From an uncultured Rhodobacteraceae bacterium (lineage in GTDB: Bacteria > Pseudomonadota > Alphaproteobacteria > Rhodobacterales > Rhodobacteraceae): DNA of 64,000 nt. Position numbers and translations under genes: made by a program. Of the stretch, positions 1 through 10,777 are shown piece after piece. The stretch is from NCBI GenBank assembly GCA_937138255.1, contig CAKZOU010000033.1:14622-78621 (forward strand). The letters are read 5' to 3'. The notes beneath the pieces are model-generated. The model had not been told where the DNA came from and did no database searches. It saw only the letters and a list, made by a program, of their open reading frames with translations. Position 1 is the first letter of the stretch. The number at the start of each line of letters is the position of its first letter.

Positions 1-1734
1 GTTGTCGGTTCGGTGCCTCGGAGCGGTTTGGTCGTTCTAAACGGTCAACTCGCCGCCTACGGCTTGGCATCGTTGCAAGATCGACCGACGATCGGCGACC
101 CAACCGATCTTACCGTCGTGGGTCTTTTCTTCCTTACCAATGATAATTTGAACGAACTGGCGCACCTGGTGGATGTGCCGAAACTGGAGTTCGGTTTGGC
201 CAGCCAGCCTCTTCCCGACTCCGATCATTCGATCCAGATCAGCGGCATATCCGGCGAGGGGATCGGCCGGCTTTCTTGGCCCAACCTGAAACCCGGGAAC
301 GAGATTCTCGCGCGGCTCGCTCCCTTCTATCTGGCCGTAAGCGCAGTGATGACCATCCTGTCGTTCTTCATGAAGGGTTGGTATCGCCAATTGATTCAAA
401 GCATCCTCACGGAAAGAGAACGGGTCAAAAAGGCCGCCGAAACGGATAGCCTGACGGGCCTTTTGAACAGAGCCGGCGTCTCGGCTCTTGTCGAAACATC
501 AGAGATCCGAGAGGCGCTGAGCAAAGGAACCTGCGCTTTGCTCTATTTGGACGTAAACGGCTTTAAAAGATTGAACGACTCGATGGGGCACGATTGTGGT
601 GACCAAGCCCTGGGCGTTCTCGCCGACAGGCTCATCGGGGCAAGCAGAAAGGGAGACATCGTCGCACGGCTGGGAGGCGATGAGTTTATGGCCCTGATAT
701 TTGACGACGACCCCGAAAAAGCCGCCCGCAAGGTTTGTGCACGGATTCGGAAGCGTGCCGCAGTTCCGGTCAAAATAAACGAAGAGTACCTTGTTATTGG
801 TGCAGCAATGGGTGTCGCGATCAGCGAGCCCAATCTCAGCTGGTCTGACCTTCTTCTACGCGCGGATGCCGCAATGTATCGGGCAAAACATGACAATGCG
901 ATTGCCGAAGTCCTGTTCTCTGATGAACTCAAGGGCGAGCGGGACAAGGAGCGTATGGTCGAAGATCGGCTTCGAAAGGGGCTTCAAGAAGTTGGCACCT
1001 CCCGAAACCCCTTCGACGTTGTCTTTCAGCCGGTCGTTGACAGTCGCGGTCGAGAGATGGCCTACGCCGAGGCTCTGCTCAGGTGGAACGATCCGGTTTT
1101 GGGACCGGTTCCGCCCTCAGATTTCATCCCGATCGCCGAAAGCCGCGGCCTTGTGCCGGAACTTGGGAAATTTGTCATCGACAGATGTTGCGACGCGCTG
1201 GCTGCGACGCCCTGGCTTCATGTGAGCATCAATGTCTCACCCCTCCAGCTGGTCCACCCGGATTTTCCCGACCAGATTCTCGAAGCCGTGGGAACGAGAG
1301 GCTTGGACCCATCCAGGATCGTGATCGAAATCACCGAAAATGCGCTGATCGAAGTTCCGGAGACCGCACGGCAGCGTATTGAGCAGCTAAGCGCAAAAGG
1401 CTTTCAGTTTGCTTTGGACGATTTTGGCACGGGTTTTGCGTCGATCAGCTATTTGCGTCAATTTCCCTTCAGCACGCTCAAAATCGACAGGAGTTTTGTG
1501 GCAAGTCTCGGTCAGGACCGGTCATCAAATCTGTTGTTCGAATCGATGGTCAGGCTCGGAGAGGGCTTTCACCTTGAAGTCGTTTCTGAAGGGGTCGAAA
1601 CCGCGATCCAGTCAGAAATGATCGCGCGAACGGGATGTCATTTTCAACAAGGCTTCCTTCATGCGCGCCCCATGTCCTTGGCCGCGCTCGAAAGCTTTTA
1701 CACCCAAATTTCAGAGCGACGGGACTCTGCCTGA
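1..1734 (+). CDS. Membrane-anchored diguanylate cyclase/phosphodiesterase (GGDEF-EAL), probably 5' truncated by window edge
   Basis: TM segment, then TDSLTGLLNR, RKGD I-site, ARLGGDEF; EAL domain with AEALLRW, DDFGTG, KIDRSF, EGVE, QGF. Frame is open from base 1. Confidence 0.92.
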   Translation, partial: VVGSVPRSGLVVLNGQLAAYGLASLQDRPTIGDPTDLTVVGLFFLTNDNLNELAHLVDVPKLEFGLASQPLPDSDHSIQISGISGEGIGRLSWPNLKPGNEILARLAPFYLAVSAVMTILSFFMKGWYRQLIQSILTERERVKKAAETDSLTGLLNRAGVSALVETSEIREALSKGTCALLYLDVNGFKRLNDSMGHDCGDQALGVLADRLIGASRKGDIVARLGGDEFMALIFDDDPEKAARKVCARIRKRAAVPVKINEEYLVIGAAMGVAISEPNLSWSDLLLRADAAMYRAKHDNAIAEVLFSDELKGERDKERMVEDRLRKGLQEVGTSRNPFDVVFQPVVDSRGREMAYAEALLRWNDPVLGPVPPSDFIPIAESRGLVPELGKFVIDRCCDALAATPWLHVSINVSPLQLVHPDFPDQILEAVGTRGLDPSRIVIEITENALIEVPETARQRIEQLSAKGFQFALDDFGTGFASISYLRQFPFSTLKIDRSFVASLGQDRSSNLLFESMVRLGEGFHLEVVSEGVETAIQSEMIARTGCHFQQGFLHARPMSLAALESFYTQISERRDSA

Positions 1735-1796
1735 CGAGCCCCGAGGGAGTTTAAGGCAGTTATAATGGCCGTGGCAGCAATCGACCCGAAAGTCGG

Positions 1797-2162
1797 TCAG
1801 CTCCACTCAAGGGCGCCTTTTTTCCACTCATAGGCAAAGCCGATCGTCAGCACGCCCAAGAACACCATCATCGACCAGAAACCGACCATGCTCAGATCCT
1901 TGAACGCCACGGCCCAGGGAAAGAGGAACGCCACCTCGAGATCGAAGATGATGAAAAGAATCGACACGAGGTAGAACCGCACATCGAATTTCATCCGCGC
2001 ATCGTCGAAGGCGTTGAAGCCACACTCATAGGCGCTGACCTTTTCGGGGTCGGGATTGCGAACCGCGACGATCACCGCGGCGAGGACCAGAATCGCTCCC
2101 AGAGCAATGGCAAGGCCGAGGAAAATGACGATGGGAAGATATTCGCGAAGCAGGTCTTCCAA
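1797..2162 (-). CDS. nuoA: NADH-quinone oxidoreductase subunit A
   Basis: [41 protein letters not shown] start after GAAAGGA RBS gives 121 aa. Confidence 0.96.
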   Translation of the reverse strand: MEDLLREYLPIVIFLGLAIALGAILVLAAVIVAVRNPDPEKVSAYECGFNAFDDARMKFDVRFYLVSILFIIFDLEVAFLFPWAVAFKDLSMVGFWSMMVFLGVLTIGFAYEWKKGALEWS

Positions 2163-2298
2163 GGTGGTTCCTTTCAAGACGAGCGGCGCCAAAAGACAGC
2201 GCGCCAAAACCCTTGGGATGGCTTTACCTCCGCCTTGTGAGAGGGTCAACCGAAGCTGGCCGGAAGATCGCGCTTTTTGCGGAGTTTATTGAGCCGGA

Positions 2299-3090
2299 TC
2301 AGCCTTTGGCCCAGCGCGGTTTGCGCTTTTCAAAGAAAGCGGCGATCCCCTCGGCCGCTTCGCCGTCCTGCCAGCGCCCGACCAGAACCTCGGCCGACAT
2401 GGCGATCACCTCGTCGTCGATGGCAGGGGCGAGTGCGAGAAGATGGCGCTTGGCCGTGGCGACCGCGCCCGGAGCGCAGGAGAGATAGGGCACCACCTCG
2501 GCTTCGACGAGCGCATCCAAGTCGTCGGCCGCACCGATCCTTGCAATAAGACCCAGCCGCTCCGCCTCGGTCGCTCCGAAAACCCGGCTCGACATGAAAA
2601 CCCGCCGGGCCATCGACGCCCCCAACTTGGCCACCACATAGGGGCCGATGGTGGCCGGCACGAGGCCGAGCTTGGTCTCGGTCAGGCCAAACTTTGCGGT
2701 CTCGACGCAGACGGCCACGTCGCAGACGCTGATGATCCCGACCCCGCCGCCGAAGGCATTGCCCTGAACGCGGGCAATGACCGGTTTGGGAATTGTATTT
2801 ATGGCCCGAAGCATCCCCGAGAGCTTGTAGGCCGCGCCTCTCTGGGCGTCTTCGCCGCCTGCCATCTGGTCGCGCATCCAGCCAAGATCGCCTCCGGCGC
2901 AGAAACTGGCTCCGCGGCCCGTGATGATCACGACCCGCACGTCGGGATCGGCACCCAGACGCTCGGCCGCATCGGTCAGCTCGTCCATCATCTGCGCCGA
3001 GAGCGCATTATGCTTGTCCTCGCGGGCCAGCTCGAGCGTGGCAACGCCGCGCCCGTCCCGGCTGATGGAAATGGTCTCAAACTGGCTCAT
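2299..3090 (-). CDS. liuC: Crotonase/enoyl-CoA hydratase, probable methylglutaconyl-CoA hydratase
   Basis: FCAGGDL, AFGGG, ETKLGLVPA motifs; last gene of leucine catabolism operon. Confidence 0.88.
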   Translation of the reverse strand: MSQFETISISRDGRGVATLELAREDKHNALSAQMMDELTDAAERLGADPDVRVVIITGRGASFCAGGDLGWMRDQMAGGEDAQRGAAYKLSGMLRAINTIPKPVIARVQGNAFGGGVGIISVCDVAVCVETAKFGLTETKLGLVPATIGPYVVAKLGASMARRVFMSSRVFGATEAERLGLIARIGAADDLDALVEAEVVPYLSCAPGAVATAKRHLLALAPAIDDEVIAMSAEVLVGRWQDGEAAEGIAAFFEKRKPRWAKG

Positions 3091-3962
3091 GCCCGCCCCC
3101 TCATGGATTTGGCAATGGTCGCCGCCCGTCCGACGGCCGCGCGATCAAGGCCGGTCTCATAGCCCAGCGCGGTGAGCCGGTCCATGACCGCCTCGGTCGC
3201 CGCATTCCCCGGCGCACCCGGCGCATAGGGGCAGCCGCCGAGACCACCCACCGCCGTATCAAAGACCCGCAAGCCTTCGTCGAGCGCGGCCTCGATATTG
3301 GCAAGCGCCCGCCCGCCCGTGTCGTGGAAATGCCCTGCGAGCCGCTCGGCCGGCACATGGCGCTTTACCGCCCTGAGCATCGCCTGCACCCGATCGGGCG
3401 TGCCTTTGCCAATGGTGTCGCCCAGCGAGACGGGCATTTCGGCGATCTCGGAGAGCCGCGCCACCACATCGGCCACCGCCTCCGGTGCGGTCGGGCCGTC
3501 ATAGGGGCAGTCGGTCACGCAGGAGACATAGCCGCGCACCTTCACGCTCTCGGTCATGGCCGCCTCGACGACGGGGCGCACCCGTTCGAGGCTCTCGGCG
3601 ATGGTGCAATTGAGGTTGGCCTTTGAGAACCCTTCACTGGCCGCGATAAACACAGCGATCTCGCCAGGGATACGCGGCAGGGCGGCGCGGGCCTCGCGCC
3701 ACGCTTCAAAACCCCTCATGTTGGGCACCAGAACCGCGTAGTTCACATCCCGCCCATAATCGAGCCCCGCCATCACCCGGTCGGTATTGGCCATCTGCGG
3801 CACCCATTTCTCCGACACGAAAGAGCCGACCTCGATATCCTTCAGCCCCGCCTGCACCAGCGCACGGATCAGGCCGACCTTGTGCTCGACGCTGATGATC
3901 CGCGCCTCGTTCTGAAGCCCGTCGCGCGGACCAACCTCGTAGAGGCAGACGAATTCGCTCAT
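3087..3962 (-). CDS. hmgL: Hydroxymethylglutaryl-CoA lyase
   Basis: EVGPRDGLQNE, GHFHDT, GLGGCPYAPGA; ATGA overlap with mccA stop. Confidence 0.94.
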   Translation of the reverse strand: MSEFVCLYEVGPRDGLQNEARIISVEHKVGLIRALVQAGLKDIEVGSFVSEKWVPQMANTDRVMAGLDYGRDVNYAVLVPNMRGFEAWREARAALPRIPGEIAVFIAASEGFSKANLNCTIAESLERVRPVVEAAMTESVKVRGYVSCVTDCPYDGPTAPEAVADVVARLSEIAEMPVSLGDTIGKGTPDRVQAMLRAVKRHVPAERLAGHFHDTGGRALANIEAALDEGLRVFDTAVGGLGGCPYAPGAPGNAATEAVMDRLTALGYETGLDRAAVGRAATIAKSMRGRA

Positions 3963-5911
3963 GCCTCGCCCTCCGGCTCCAGCCGCACGAGCACGACGCC
4001 CGCCTCGACCTGATCCCCCTCGGCGCAAAGCACCTCGGCCACGACCCCATCGCGCCCTGCCGTCAGCGCGTGCTCCATCTTCATCGCCTCAAGCACCGCG
4101 AGCCTCTCGCCCGCCGCCACCGCCTGCCCCGCCTCGACGAGCACCGCCCGCACCAGCCCCGGCATCGGCGACAAGGCCACATCGCCGCCCTGCCCTACAT
4201 CGCTTTCTCGATCTAGCGGGTCGAGGATCCGGCATTCGAGGGTGACACCGGGGGCGAAGACGAAAACCTCACCCGCCGCGCGGACGGCCTCGAACCGCGG
4301 CTGGCCCGCGACTTGCCAGGCCCCGTCGACCCATTTCGCGTCATAGCTTTGTCCGTCGAACCGCAGATCGGCCTGCACGCCACCTTCGGATAGCCGGAAA
4401 GTCACGACGACCTCGGCCCCCTCGGCGCTCAGCCCGATGCTCTGCTCGAGCGGCTGCCACAGCGCAAAGCCCGTCGCCGCCCCCGGCACGATCCCCGCCC
4501 CCACCAACGCCGCCACGCCCAGCATCGCACCGCGCAACTCGGGCGTCCCATGCGCCTCGGTCAGCGCCACCAGATCGCGGGCGATGAGGCCGGTATCGAC
4601 CTCGCCCTTGGCAAAGCCCCCGTGCCGCGCCAGCGCGCCGAGGAAGCCGAGGTTGGTCACTGTGCCCGCCACCCGCGTCTGGCCCAGCGCCTGAACAAGG
4701 CGGGCGCGGGCGATGTTACGGGTGGGGCCGTGGACGATGATCTTGGCGATCATCGGGTCATACCACGGGCTGATCGCGTCACCCGCCCGCACGCCGGTAT
4801 CGGCGCGGGCCGCGGGGGCGAAATCGAGAACCGCCAAGGTGCCGGTCGCGGGCAGGAATCCTGCGGGCACGTCCTCGGCATAGAGCCGCGCCTCGAAGGC
4901 ATGGCCGCTGATGGTCAGATCGTCCTGCCCGAGCGGCAGAGGCTCGCCCGCCGCCACGCGCAATTGCCATTCGACCAGATCGACACCGGTGATCGCCTCG
5001 GTCACGGGGTGCTCGACCTGCAGGCGGGTGTTCATCTCCATGAACCAGAACCCGTCAGGGCGCAGCCCGCCCTGCCCATCGGCGATAAACTCGATCGTGC
5101 CCGCGCCCTTGTAACCGATCGCCTCGGCCGCGCGGACGGCGGCGGCGCCCATGGCCGAGCGGACCTCATCCGTCATCCCCGGCGCGGGAGCCTCTTCGAT
5201 CACCTTCTGGTGCCGCCGCTGGAGCGAGCAATCCCGCTCGAAGAGGTGCACCGATTTGGTGCCATCGCCGAAGACCTGCACCTCGATATGGCGCGGGTGG
5301 CTGACGTATTTCTCGATAAGCACCGCATCGTTGCCGAAGGCGCTTGCCGCTTCCGAGCGGGCCGAAGCGAGCGCTGTGGCGAAATCCTTCGCCGCCTCGA
5401 CCCGCCGCATCCCCTTGCCGCCGCCGCCGGCCACGGCCTTGATCAGGACCGGATATCCGATCTTTTCCGCCTCGGCCGCCAGATGCGCCTCGCCCTGCTC
5501 GGCCCCGTGATAGCCCGGAACGACCGGCACGCCCGCCTCTTCCATCACCCGCTTGGCCGCGTCCTTGAGGCCCATGGCCCGGATCGCCTTGGCCGAAGGG
5601 CCGATGAAGACAAGGCCCGCCGCCTCGACCGCTTCGACGAAATCGGGGTTTTCCGAGAGAAAGCCATAACCGGGATGGATCGCCTCGGCCCCCGTGGCCT
5701 TGGCCGCCGCGATGATCGCCTCACCGCGCAAATAGCTTTCGGCCGGGCGCGGCCCGCCGATATGCACCGCGTGATCGGCCATGGTGACGTGCATCGCGCC
5801 GGCATCGGCATCGGAATAGACGGCGACCGTCTCGACCCCCATCGCCCGCGCCGAGCGGATGATGCGGCAGGCGATCTCGCCCCGGTTGGCTATGAGAATG
5901 CGCGTGAACAT
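3959..5911 (-). CDS. mccA: 3-methylcrotonyl-CoA carboxylase biotin-containing alpha subunit
   Basis: ANRGEIA, HPGYGFLSEN, EMNTRLQVEH, EAMKME biotin site; operon context. Confidence 0.93.
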   Translation of the reverse strand: MFTRILIANRGEIACRIIRSARAMGVETVAVYSDADAGAMHVTMADHAVHIGGPRPAESYLRGEAIIAAAKATGAEAIHPGYGFLSENPDFVEAVEAAGLVFIGPSAKAIRAMGLKDAAKRVMEEAGVPVVPGYHGAEQGEAHLAAEAEKIGYPVLIKAVAGGGGKGMRRVEAAKDFATALASARSEAASAFGNDAVLIEKYVSHPRHIEVQVFGDGTKSVHLFERDCSLQRRHQKVIEEAPAPGMTDEVRSAMGAAAVRAAEAIGYKGAGTIEFIADGQGGLRPDGFWFMEMNTRLQVEHPVTEAITGVDLVEWQLRVAAGEPLPLGQDDLTISGHAFEARLYAEDVPAGFLPATGTLAVLDFAPAARADTGVRAGDAISPWYDPMIAKIIVHGPTRNIARARLVQALGQTRVAGTVTNLGFLGALARHGGFAKGEVDTGLIARDLVALTEAHGTPELRGAMLGVAALVGAGIVPGAATGFALWQPLEQSIGLSAEGAEVVVTFRLSEGGVQADLRFDGQSYDAKWVDGAWQVAGQPRFEAVRAAGEVFVFAPGVTLECRILDPLDRESDVGQGGDVALSPMPGLVRAVLVEAGQAVAAGERLAVLEAMKMEHALTAGRDGVVAEVLCAEGDQVEAGVVLVRLEPEGEA

Positions 5912-5914
5912 GGG

Positions 5915-7519
5915 CTACATCCTGAAGACGCCGAAGCGGGTTTCGGGGATCGGGGTGTTGAGCGAGGCTGAGAGGCTCAAGGACAGCACCTCGCGGCTCT
6001 TGCGCGGGTCGATGATGCCGTCGTCCCAGAGGCGGGCCGAGGCATAGAGCGGGTGGCTCTGGCGGTCGAACATCTCGATCGTGGGGCGCTTGAATTCGGC
6101 CTCTTCCTCGGTGCTCCAAGTCTGGCCCGCGCGCTCCATCGCGTCACGCTTGACCGTGGCCAAGACGCCCGCCGCCTGCTCGCCGCCCATGACGGCGGTG
6201 CGGGAATTCGGCCAAGTCCACATGAAGTTTGGGCTATAAGCCCTTCCACTCATGCCATAATTTCCAGCCCCGAACGAGCCTCCGACGACCATGGTGATCT
6301 TGGGAACAGCGGTCGTCGCCACGGCGGTGACCATCTTGGCGCCATGCCGGGCGATGCCTTCGTTCTCGTATTTGCGGCCGACCATGAAACCGGTGATGTT
6401 TTGCAGGAAAATCAGCGGGATACGACGCTGACTGCAGAGCTCGATGAAATGCGCGCCCTTTTGGGCGGCCTCGGAGAAAAGCACCCCGTTGTTGGCGACG
6501 ATCCCCACGGGCCAGCCGTCGAGATGGGCAAAGCCGGTGACCAGCGTCTCGCCAAACCGCGCCTTGAATTCGTCAAACCGCGAACCATCAAAGACGCGGG
6601 CGATCACCTCACGGATATCATAGGGCGTGCGCAAATCGCGAGGAACGATCCCGAGGATTTCCTCCGGGTCGTAGGCGGGCTGTTCGGGTGTTTCCCTGTT
6701 CAAATTTGAATGGTTACGCGCCGCAATTGACGCAACCGCCTGCCGCGCCAGCGCCAAGGCATGGGCATCATCCTCGGCCAGATAATCGGCCACGCCCGAC
6801 AGGCGCGTATGCACATCGCCGCCACCCAGATCTTCGGCGCTCACCACCTCGCCGGTCGCGGCTTTCACCAAAGGCGGGCCGGCCAGAAAGATCGTCCCCT
6901 GTTCGCGGACGATGATCGAGACATCCGCCATCGCCGGCACATAGGCCCCGCCTGCGGTGCAGGATCCCATCACCACGGCGATCTGGGCGATTCCACGGGC
7001 CGACATATTGGCCTGATTATAGAATATCCGTCCGAAATGATCGCGGTCGGGAAAGACCTCGTCCTGATTGGGCAGATTGGCCCCTCCCGAGTCTACGAGA
7101 TAGACGCAAGGCAGCCCGCATTGCGCGGCGATCTCCTGCGCGCGCAGGTGCTTCTTGACGGTCATCGGGTAATAGGTGCCGCCCTTCACGGTGGCATCGT
7201 TGCAGACGATCATCACCTCGCGGCCCGAGACACGGCCTACGCCGGCGATCACGCCAGCCCCCGGCGCGGCGCCATCATACATATCGTAGGCGGCGGTTGC
7301 GCCGATCTCGAGAAAGGGCGAGCCCGCATCGAGCAAAGCGGCAACCCGCGCCCGAGGCGCCATCTTGCCCCGCGAGATATGCCGCGCCATGGCCTTCTCG
7401 CCGCCGCCCGCGGCCGCGCTCGCCGCTGCCTCGGCTACTTGAGAAATGGATGCCAAGTGGCTGGAACGGCGGTCTTTTGCCTCTTGCGAGGCGGGCGAGA
7501 ATTGCGAGGTCAGGCGCAT
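5915..7519 (-). CDS. mccB: 3-methylcrotonyl-CoA carboxylase carboxyltransferase beta subunit
   Basis: [30 protein letters not shown]-terminal FGVFRM; TGATG coupling to ivd. Confidence 0.95.
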   Translation of the reverse strand: MRLTSQFSPASQEAKDRRSSHLASISQVAEAAASAAAGGGEKAMARHISRGKMAPRARVAALLDAGSPFLEIGATAAYDMYDGAAPGAGVIAGVGRVSGREVMIVCNDATVKGGTYYPMTVKKHLRAQEIAAQCGLPCVYLVDSGGANLPNQDEVFPDRDHFGRIFYNQANMSARGIAQIAVVMGSCTAGGAYVPAMADVSIIVREQGTIFLAGPPLVKAATGEVVSAEDLGGGDVHTRLSGVADYLAEDDAHALALARQAVASIAARNHSNLNRETPEQPAYDPEEILGIVPRDLRTPYDIREVIARVFDGSRFDEFKARFGETLVTGFAHLDGWPVGIVANNGVLFSEAAQKGAHFIELCSQRRIPLIFLQNITGFMVGRKYENEGIARHGAKMVTAVATTAVPKITMVVGGSFGAGNYGMSGRAYSPNFMWTWPNSRTAVMGGEQAAGVLATVKRDAMERAGQTWSTEEEAEFKRPTIEMFDRQSHPLYASARLWDDGIIDPRKSREVLSLSLSASLNTPIPETRFGVFRM

Positions 7520-8679
7520 CACATCGCCCCCATCATTTCGCGGCCGATCAGCATCCGGCGGATCTCGGAGGTTCCCGCGCCGATCTCCATGAGCTTGGCA
7601 TCGCGGAAGATCCGCGCCACGGGCGTCTCGTTCATGAAGCCCATGCCGCCCATCGCCTGCACCGCCTGATGCGCCACCGTCATCGCCTCTTCCGAGGCAT
7701 AAAGCACGCAGGCGGCGGCGTCCTGCCGCGTCACCTCGCCGCGATCACAGGCTTTGGCGACCTCGTAGACATAGGCGCGGGCGGAATTCATCTTGGTATA
7801 CATATCGGCGATCTTGCCTTGCATGAGCTGAAAGCTCCCGATCGGCTGGCCAAACTGCTTGCGGCTGGCGAGATAGGGCATCACCTCGTCAAGACAGGCC
7901 GCCATGATCCCCGTGCCGATGCCGGATAGGACAACCCGCTCGTAATCAAGCCCCGACATCAGGACGCGCACGCCCTTGCCCTCTTCGCCAAGGATATTCT
8001 CGAACGGAACCTCGACATCCTCGAAAATCAGCTCGGCGGTGTTCGAGCCGCGCATCCCGAGCTTGTCGAAATGCGGGCCGGTCGAAAACCCCGTCATGGT
8101 CTTTTCGACGATGAAGGCGGTGATGCCCTTCGATCCGGCCTCGGGATCGGTCTTGCCATAGACGATCAGCGTGTCGGCATCCGGCCCGTTGGTGATCCAG
8201 AATTTCGTGCCATTGAGGCGGTAATGGTCGTTCTTCTTCTCGGCCTTGAGCTTCATCGACACAACGTCCGACCCCGCCCCCGCCTCTGACATGGCCAGCG
8301 CGCCGACATGCGCGCCGGAAATCAGCCCCGGCAGGTATCTGCGCTTTTGCTCGGGCGTGCCGTTAAGGTTGATCTGGTTGACGCAAAGGTTGGAATGCGC
8401 CCCGTAGGAGAGGCTCACCGAGGCAGAGGCGCGGGCGATCTCTTCGACCGCGACCACATGGGCGAGATAGCCAAGGCCCACCCCGCCGAATTCCTCTGGC
8501 ACGGTGATGCCAAGAAGGCCCAGATCGCCCAGTTCCTTCCAAAGCTCCGCCGGAAAGAGGTTGGCCTTGTCGATCTCCGCCGCCATCGGCTTGATCCGCG
8601 CTTGCGCGAAGGAATGGACCATCTCACGCAGGGCATTCACCTCGTCGCCAAGGTCGAATCTCATCGAGGCGGTAAACAT
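7519..8679 (-). CDS. ivd: Isovaleryl-CoA dehydrogenase
   Basis: [37 protein letters not shown]. Confidence 0.95.
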   Translation of the reverse strand: MFTASMRFDLGDEVNALREMVHSFAQARIKPMAAEIDKANLFPAELWKELGDLGLLGITVPEEFGGVGLGYLAHVVAVEEIARASASVSLSYGAHSNLCVNQINLNGTPEQKRRYLPGLISGAHVGALAMSEAGAGSDVVSMKLKAEKKNDHYRLNGTKFWITNGPDADTLIVYGKTDPEAGSKGITAFIVEKTMTGFSTGPHFDKLGMRGSNTAELIFEDVEVPFENILGEEGKGVRVLMSGLDYERVVLSGIGTGIMAACLDEVMPYLASRKQFGQPIGSFQLMQGKIADMYTKMNSARAYVYEVAKACDRGEVTRQDAAACVLYASEEAMTVAHQAVQAMGGMGFMNETPVARIFRDAKLMEIGAGTSEIRRMLIGREMMGAM

Positions 8680-8695
8680 CGGCGGCTCCGTTTAT

Positions 8696-8709
8696 TGAAC
8701 AGATGTTCA
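8696..8709. promoter_or_regulatory. Palindrome TGAACA-GA-TGTTCA, candidate operator of the ivd operon
   Basis: Perfect 6-2-6 inverted repeat in an AT-rich patch 17-30 bp upstream of the ivd ATG. Confidence 0.55.
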
Positions 8710-8735
8710 TTTAATACGAAACTGCCGCCGTCCGG

Positions 8736-9938
8736 TCAAGCCTCGGCTTTGCGCCGATCACGGTCGGCACGCAGATGCGCGGCGAGGTAAAGCCCGCAGC
8801 CCAGCGCCATGAGGCCGATCAGGATGGCGAACATCAGCCCGTAACCACCAATCCGCCAGACGACCGCTCCAAGCCACGGCGCGCTGGCCGAGCCGATCAG
8901 GTAGGGCAGCGCCAGCGCCCCCGATTTCGCCCCGAAATCCCGCCCGCCAAGGATATCGCGGGCGATCAGCGGGCGCAGGATCGAGACGGTCCCATAGGCT
9001 CCGGCAAAGAGCATGACAAAGCCCGAGAGCGTCACCGGCGCGCCCTGCCCCAGCCAGAGGAGCGCGACAGAGGCCCCAATGAGGCCGAAGGCGGTGAGCG
9101 CCACGCCGTGATGCGAGATGTATTTCTCGCTCATCATCATCGCGAGCCGCCCCGCCACCTGCATCGGGCCGATGAAGGAGGCTGCGAGAACGGCTGTCTC
9201 GGGGCTCAGGCCGCGCTCGTCGAGATAGGAGAGAAGGTGATGCAATGTGGCGCTGTGAACGACCGCCACAAGCGCGAACCCCGCGGCCAGATACCAGAAG
9301 GCGGCCCGCCGCAGAAAGGCGCGGCGCGGCGTCTTGGTTGCGGTTTCGACAATCGGTTCCTCGACCCGCCCCGCCTCGAGCGCCCGCCCGCCGATCCAGT
9401 GGAGCGGCGCCGAGCCGAACATCACCACCCCCGCCGCCACCAAGACCGCCGCCCGCCAGCCGCCGGCCTCGGCCACCGCATGAACGGCCGGAAACGAGAT
9501 CGTGCTGGCAAAGCCCGCGACGAGCGTGATGAGCACGATCGACCCCTTGGCCCCCGCCCCCTTGGCGCGGGTCACAAGGGCAAAGCAGGGCTCGTAGAGG
9601 GCACCCGACATCGCCACGCCGATGCCGCCCCAGACCAGATAGAACTGCCAGAGCGTCTCGACCCGCGACAGGAGGATCATCAGAACACCCCCCAGAACCG
9701 CCGCCCCCGCCATCATATGTGGCCCACGGCCCGCGTCGATGATCCGCCCGGCGAGCGGCGCCATCAGGGCCGAGATCAGAACGCCCAAGGTGATCGCCAT
9801 GGTCACCTCGGGCTTGGACCAGCCCATATCCTGCTCCCACCGCAGTAGGAGCGCGGGGAAGGTATAGTAAATGCTGGCCCAGGCGAGGGTCTGACCGATG
9901 GCCAGCAAGATCACCGGGCGGCGCGTGGTTCCAAGCAT
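8736..9938 (-). CDS. MFS transporter
   Basis: About 12 hydrophobic segments, GRIIDAGRG motif A-like loop; start chosen after AAGGAGG. Confidence 0.87.
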   Translation of the reverse strand: MLGTTRRPVILLAIGQTLAWASIYYTFPALLLRWEQDMGWSKPEVTMAITLGVLISALMAPLAGRIIDAGRGPHMMAGAAVLGGVLMILLSRVETLWQFYLVWGGIGVAMSGALYEPCFALVTRAKGAGAKGSIVLITLVAGFASTISFPAVHAVAEAGGWRAAVLVAAGVVMFGSAPLHWIGGRALEAGRVEEPIVETATKTPRRAFLRRAAFWYLAAGFALVAVVHSATLHHLLSYLDERGLSPETAVLAASFIGPMQVAGRLAMMMSEKYISHHGVALTAFGLIGASVALLWLGQGAPVTLSGFVMLFAGAYGTVSILRPLIARDILGGRDFGAKSGALALPYLIGSASAPWLGAVVWRIGGYGLMFAILIGLMALGCGLYLAAHLRADRDRRKAEA

Positions 9939-9993
9939 GGGGCGCGGCCTCCTTGACACACACTCTGACCAGACCCGAGCGCCGGTCAATGGG

Positions 9994-10659
9994 TCAGAGC
10001 GGCAACAGCGCTTCGGCCACCGCGGCAAGTTCGTCGAACCTGTCGATCACCGCCTCGGGCGCAAGATCGCGCACGGCCTGTCCCGTGGGACCGAAGGTCA
10101 CGAGCACCGAGGGCACCCCTGCCGCCCGCGCGGTTTCACGGTCGGTCACGGTATCGCCCACAAGGAGCGAGCGTTCGAGCCGCCCGCCCGCCCGGCGCAC
10201 GGCCTCGATCAGCGGCGCGGGGTCGGGTTTGCGCACGGGGAGCGTATCGGCGCCGACAAGCGAGGCGAAAGCCTCGCGCGCGCCGAGATCGCGCATCAGG
10301 CGCTCGGCCAGCGCCTCGGGTTTGTTGGTGCAGATGCCCACGGCGAAACCAGCCCCGCGCAGCGCCCCGACGGCCTCCATCGCGCCGGGGAAAAGGAAGC
10401 TCTCGCCCGAGAGATTGGCGCCATAGGCCTCAAGCAGGATCGGATACTGCCGGTCGACCTCATCTGCGCCGTGGCCCCCTGTCCGCTCGAACCCGAGCCG
10501 CAGCATCGCCCGCCCGCCGCGCATCGCCGTGCTGGCATCGCGGACCGGATCAAGCACATCGCCAAGCCCTAAGCCCCGGAAGCAGACATTGGCAGCCGCC
10601 ACCAAATCGCGGCTCGTGTCGGCCAGTGTCCCGTCGAGATCGAAAATCACGCTGCGCAT
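9994..10659 (-). CDS. HAD-IA hydrolase, phosphoglycolate phosphatase-like
   Basis: FDLDGTL, CTNKP, KPDP, VGDTVTD. Confidence 0.9.
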   Translation of the reverse strand: MRSVIFDLDGTLADTSRDLVAAANVCFRGLGLGDVLDPVRDASTAMRGGRAMLRLGFERTGGHGADEVDRQYPILLEAYGANLSGESFLFPGAMEAVGALRGAGFAVGICTNKPEALAERLMRDLGAREAFASLVGADTLPVRKPDPAPLIEAVRRAGGRLERSLLVGDTVTDRETARAAGVPSVLVTFGPTGQAVRDLAPEAVIDRFDELAAVAEALLPL

Positions 10660-10777
10660 TGGCCTCTCCTTCTGCTACAGTCGGTGTAACGAAGCGAAAG
10701 GTCTTGTGAACCCCGAAAACCTTGCGCTTTGCATCGCGCCCGATAGAAGGTGCGGCAAGAAACGGTTTGAGGCGCTG

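Noticed and set aside
1750..1770. TTTAAGGCAGTTATAAT as a dif, CtrA or sigma70 site
   Set aside because: Poor match to dif, one-mismatch CtrA match between convergent 3' ends, and no -35.
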